Positions 7,897 to 10,464 of a DNA stretch of 10,464 nucleotides are shown here, piece by piece. The stretch spans positions 1 through 10,464 of the forward strand of contig JBFMCO010000001.1 in the NCBI GenBank assembly GCA_040754495.1, in the 5' to 3' direction. A model generated the notes under the pieces. That model saw only the letters and a list, made by a program, of their open reading frames with translations, searched no databases and was not told where the DNA came from. Position 1 is the first letter of the stretch; each line of letters opens with the position of its first letter. Origin of the DNA: Candidatus Micrarchaeota archaeon. GTDB lineage: Archaea; Micrarchaeota; Micrarchaeia; Anstonellales; Bilamarchaeaceae. The position numbers and the translations under genes were made by a program.

Positions 7897-8838
7897 ATGA
7901 TTATGGGAGGAGAAAGGGTAAGGACAACCAGCGAATCTGCCGGGCGGCACGGCCAGGCCGAGCAGGCTCCTCCGCAGATGGAAACCGTATCCCCCCAGCG
8001 CCGGGCCCAGCTCGAAGCGAGCCTGAACTACCCTAACAATCCCGGATACCACACGCTGCGCAGCCCGGCTGCCGGCTCGCGCTCGTCTGAGCTGATGGCG
8101 CTCCGCGGCCTCGCCCCGGCCAACCCGGCCCTGCTGTCATTTGCCGATGCCCTCTACCAGCCCGAATTCGTGCACCTCATCCCGGCAAGGCAGGCGCGGC
8201 GGGCGGAAGCCCTCTCGCTGGAGATATTCCGCAGATACCTTTCAAGATACGCCGCCAGCGGGTTGGATGAGAACAACGCAGTCGTGTGGGCCAAGATGGA
8301 CCTGACCAGGACCTACATCGCAAGCACCGAGAACCAGCATAACACGTGGAACGTCCAGCCGATAGTGTACAATCAGACGCATATGAAGGGCGGGCGGTGC
8401 CTGCCCCGGTTCATAGCGGCATTGCACGAGTTCATGCACGTGGAGGAAACGCCCCGGGGGGCCGCGATGGGGTGGGATGCGGTGCCGTCCCCACCCCCTG
8501 CGCAAGCCGCGGGGCCCGTAAGCTCAGTGCAGGCTGCTGCCGGAGGGCCGAGTATCGAGATGCTCAGCGAGCTGATGCCGACAATCATGACGCTCGTGCT
8601 TTCCGACGAGGTGTATAAGCGGCTGAATAACATCCCCCTCAACCGGGCAGTCAATTACGGGCAGTCGGTGCAGTGGGACGGCCACTCGGTCCAGCTGGGA
8701 CGGGTCGCCAACTTCTACCGCTCCCTGATTGACCGCTACGGCTCGGTAGGGGCCGCGGCCGCCTCTCCTGAATCGCTCGAGTTCATGCGCCAGGGCCGCA
8801 TCCCTCCCGCGATGGTCACCCCGGTGCGCGCGCGGTAG
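7897..8838 (+). CDS. Hypothetical soluble protein with HExxH motif, putative zinc metallopeptidase, 313 aa (alternative start 7903)
   Basis: Starts 3 nt after the paralog 6 stop. FIAALHEFMHVEE (HEFMH at 8425-8439, H177-H181), with a candidate third-ligand Glu in SELMPT (E225, 8569-8571). No obvious signal peptide or long hydrophobic helix. Low-complexity N-terminus and a Pro/Ala-rich insert. Confidence 0.65.
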   Translation: MIMGGERVRTTSESAGRHGQAEQAPPQMETVSPQRRAQLEASLNYPNNPGYHTLRSPAAGSRSSELMALRGLAPANPALLSFADALYQPEFVHLIPARQARRAEALSLEIFRRYLSRYAASGLDENNAVVWAKMDLTRTYIASTENQHNTWNVQPIVYNQTHMKGGRCLPRFIAALHEFMHVEETPRGAAMGWDAVPSPPPAQAAGPVSSVQAAAGGPSIEMLSELMPTIMTLVLSDEVYKRLNNIPLNRAVNYGQSVQWDGHSVQLGRVANFYRSLIDRYGSVGAAAASPESLEFMRQGRIPPAMVTPVRAR

Positions 8839-8843
8839 AAACA

Positions 8844-8851
8844 TTTTTATT
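8844..8851 (+). promoter_or_regulatory. T-rich element: possible oligo-U terminator of the operon and/or TATA box of the HARP gene
   Basis: TTTTTATT begins 5 nt after the 8838 stop and lies 29-22 nt before ATG 8873, preceded by purine-rich AGAAA (BRE-like). Confidence 0.4.
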
Positions 8852-8872
8852 CCGCGTCTCTTTAACCAACTT

Positions 8873-9436
8873 ATGCCAGTCCGCAGGTACGTCATAGACA
8901 CATCCCTCTTCGTGAACCCGCACGCCCGCGAGAAGTTCGGGCCGGACCCGAGCTCGGCGGTCATGGCTTTCGTGAAGCAGGCCGGGGAGCTCGGCATAGA
9001 CGTCTTTATGCCGCCCTCGATATTCAACGAGCTGAAGAACTTCGTGGACGGGAAATCCATGGAGGAGCTCGAGCTTGTCGTCAAGAAGCGCGCCCCGAAC
9101 ACGTACAGCATCTACCTGCCAGCCGCGGTCCTATATGATTTCATCGAGGACGTCCGCCTCCGCATCAACAAGGGCCTCCGCCTCTCCGAGGAGTTCGCAA
9201 AGGACAACAGGCCGGACAACGACGAGAAGCTCCGCAGGCTGAGGGACAAGTACCGGGAAGCCATGCGGACCGGCATAATCGACAGCAAGGAGGATTTCGA
9301 GCTCGTGCTCCTTGCCAAGGAGCTGGAGGCGACGCTCGTCTCTTCGGACGAAGGGGTGCTGAAATTCGCGGACCAGGTAGGATGCGAGCATCTCCCGGCC
9401 GACAAGTTCCACGCACTATTAAGAAAGCTGAAATAA
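8873..9436 (+). CDS. RNA-free (protein-only) ribonuclease P, HARP / Aq_880 family PIN-domain protein, 187 aa
   Basis: Recognisable family motifs: N-terminal YVIDTS, spike-helix region LPAAVLYDFIEDVRLRINKGLRLSEE...LRDKYREAMRTG, and catalytic acidic cluster GIIDSKEDFELVLLAKEL...SSDEG. The length matches the family. Confidence 0.93.
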   Translation: MPVRRYVIDTSLFVNPHAREKFGPDPSSAVMAFVKQAGELGIDVFMPPSIFNELKNFVDGKSMEELELVVKKRAPNTYSIYLPAAVLYDFIEDVRLRINKGLRLSEEFAKDNRPDNDEKLRRLRDKYREAMRTGIIDSKEDFELVLLAKELEATLVSSDEGVLKFADQVGCEHLPADKFHALLRKLK

Positions 9437-9480
9437 CCGAAATATATTCGGATTGCCGAATAATTCGAATTCTTTAAAAA
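9437..9480. promoter_or_regulatory. AT-rich intergenic region with repeated CGAA-N-TTCG palindromes and a TATA-like TTTAAAAA
   Basis: CCGAAatataTTCGG at 9437-9451, CCGAAtaaTTCG at 9456-9467, TTCGAA/GAATTC at 9464-9472, TTTAAAAA at 9473-9480. Confidence 0.35.
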
Positions 9481-9484
9481 TATC

Positions 9485-10340
9485 ATGAGAGCTATTCCCG
9501 CAAGGTTTTACATGCGGCCTACTGTGCTCCTGGCCATCCTGGCTCTGGCAGGCATCTCGTTCACGGCAAGCATTTCAGGCTGCCAGCAGATAGACAACGT
9601 GACCGATACCACCTACGCCCTCGCGAACAACCTAGTCGGCGCGAACATCAGCGCGTCTCCATTCGGCGGCAACGCGTGCCTGAAAATCGTCTCCTCAAAC
9701 ATCGTCCTGGACTGCAACGGCTACAACATCACCGACAGCGTCGGAACTACGAGCTACGGTATCCTCCTCAACGGCTCCCTGACCAACGTCACGGTGAAGA
9801 ACTGCCCTAGGATATTCGACTATAGCTACGGGCTGTACTCATACCGCACCAAATCAAGCGCATTCTACAACAATTCAGCCAGAAACAGTGGCAGCACAGG
9901 TATCTATCTTGATGAAACTAACGAAAGCCTGTTCGTCAACAACAGCGTCAACGGCAGCACCTACGGCTTCTACCTCTCATCAAGCCACGACAATAGCCTC
10001 ATCAACAATAGCGGCGTCGGCGCAACCTTTGCCTTCTACGTCTCATCAAGCCACAACAACAACTTCACGGATAACCTTGCAATCCCGGCCAACAGCTACG
10101 GCTTCTACCTCACATCAAGCCACAACAACAGCCTCAGGAACAGCACGTTCAGCAACGCATACTACGGCTTCTACCTCTCATCAAGCCACAACAACACGAT
10201 GCTGGACAGCGCCTTCAGGACCAACAACGGCTACGGCATCACCCTCTCGGGCAGCCACAACAACACCATGGGCAACGTCAGCATCAACAACTCCTACTAC
10301 GGTTTCTATATCGCAAGCTCGAGCCATAACAACACGGTTG
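9485..10340 (+). pseudogene. Secreted right-handed parallel beta-helix (NosD/CASH-like) surface protein, interrupted by an IS3-family element at 10341; not in the ORF track because the frame has no stop in the window
   Basis: My translation from 9485: MRAIPARFYMRPTVLLAILALAGISFTASISGCQQIDNVTDTTYALANNLVG...CLKIVSSNIVLDCNGYNIT...YGILLNGSLTNVTVKNC, then YGFYLSSSHNN coils. Signal peptide (start may be ATG 9512), typical LDCNGY motif, many N-x-S/T sequons. Native-looking sequence ends at about 10340. Confidence 0.8.
9962..10333 (+). repeat. Six intragenic beta-helix coil repeats (TACGGCTTCTACCTCTCATCAAGCCACAACAAC consensus)
   Basis: Copies start at 9962, 10028, 10097, 10163, 10232 and 10298 (spacings 66, 69, 66, 69, 66 nt). 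All are in frame and encode YGFYLSSSH(N/D)N variants. Confidence 0.85.
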
Positions 10341-10464
10341 TGGACTGCACCCCTAAAAGTGGACAATTAGAAAAGACTCATCCCACTATTGAAAAGGGGT
10401 GCAAAAATGAAATTGAAGCGCAGGTTCACGAGAGAATTCAAGCTGGCAGTAGTACGGGAGCTGC
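10341..10464 (+). mobile_element. IS3-family insertion sequence (IS150-like end), left end, truncated by the window edge
   Basis: TGGACTGCACCCCTAAAAGTGGACA (10341-10365) fits the TG-x-ACTGCACCC...TGGAC pattern I recall for IS3/IS150-group terminal inverted repeats. The sequence turns abruptly AT-rich, the host coil pattern stops, and an SD plus an IS3 orfA-like ORF follow. Confidence 0.85.
10407..10464 (+). CDS. IS3-family transposase OrfA N-terminus (HTH_Tnp_1-like), partial
   Basis: ATG 10407 after SD-like AGGGGTG (10395-10401). Translates MKLKRRFTREFKLAVVREL, matching the typical OrfA start R-x-(F/Y)-(S/T)-x-E-F-K-x-x-x-V. Only 19 codons are visible. Confidence 0.8.
   Translation, partial: MKLKRRFTREFKLAVVREL

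Noticed and set aside
554-8052. Long minus-strand ORFs (554-1213, 877-1512, 3006-4115, 5177-6265, 6907-8052)
   Set aside because: Antisense shadows expected from C/G-ending codons on the + strand. Their Glu/His/Val/Gly-rich composition mirrors the membrane-protein codons, and there are no family motifs.
7897-9436. Functional link between HARP and the membrane operon
   Set aside because: A T-run and a separate TATA-like element at 8844-8851 separate them, and there is no mechanistic connection. The adjacency is probably incidental.
9962-10333. CRISPR-like array (about 33-nt repeats with 33-36-nt spacers)
   Set aside because: All periods are multiples of 3 and in frame within a signal-peptide-bearing beta-helix gene. 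The 'spacers' encode similar coil residues, the repeats drift progressively, and no cas genes are in the window.
9962-10333. DGR template/variable repeat pair (AAC-rich near-identical repeats; DGRs occur in DPANN)
   Set aside because: Differences between copies are not restricted to adenines (for example AAT/AAC, GGC/GCC, CTC/GTC), there are six tandem copies rather than one pair, and no reverse transcriptase is in the window.
9888-10370. ORF-track 160-aa Ser/Thr-rich 'mucin-like' protein with STSHQATT repeats
   Set aside because: It is a shifted-frame reading of the beta-helix repeats. The 9485 frame has a signal peptide and recognisable LDCNGY and YGFYL motifs.

Overview
GC-rich archaeal window, probably DPANN and most resembling Micrarchaeota (inferred from TATA-like boxes about 25-30 nt before leaderless starts, a HARP gene, and N-glycosylation sequons in exported domains). 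All supported genes are on the + strand. 92-7893 is a tightly packed run of six divergent paralogous multi-pass membrane proteins. They share an N-terminal helical hairpin and an L-R-x-(F/I)-x-x-(T/F)-R-x-x-G loop, and most end in a G-G-(D/E)-x-(E/D)-I-x-G-L-(T/V)-(R/K)-x-(I/V) tail. The second paralog carries two extra tandem VirB2/CedA1-pilin-like hairpins. A soluble HExxH putative zinc peptidase (7897-8838) closes the run. I propose this as a candidate uncharacterised Ced/T4SS-like heteromeric contact or transfer apparatus; that is inference and no ATPase is present in the window. Downstream lie a clear RNA-free RNase P (HARP/Aq_880 family, 8873-9436) and a secreted beta-helix (NosD/CASH-like) protein gene from 9485, which the ORF track omits. 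That gene is interrupted at 10341 by the left end of an IS3-family insertion sequence whose orfA starts at 10407 and runs off the window.
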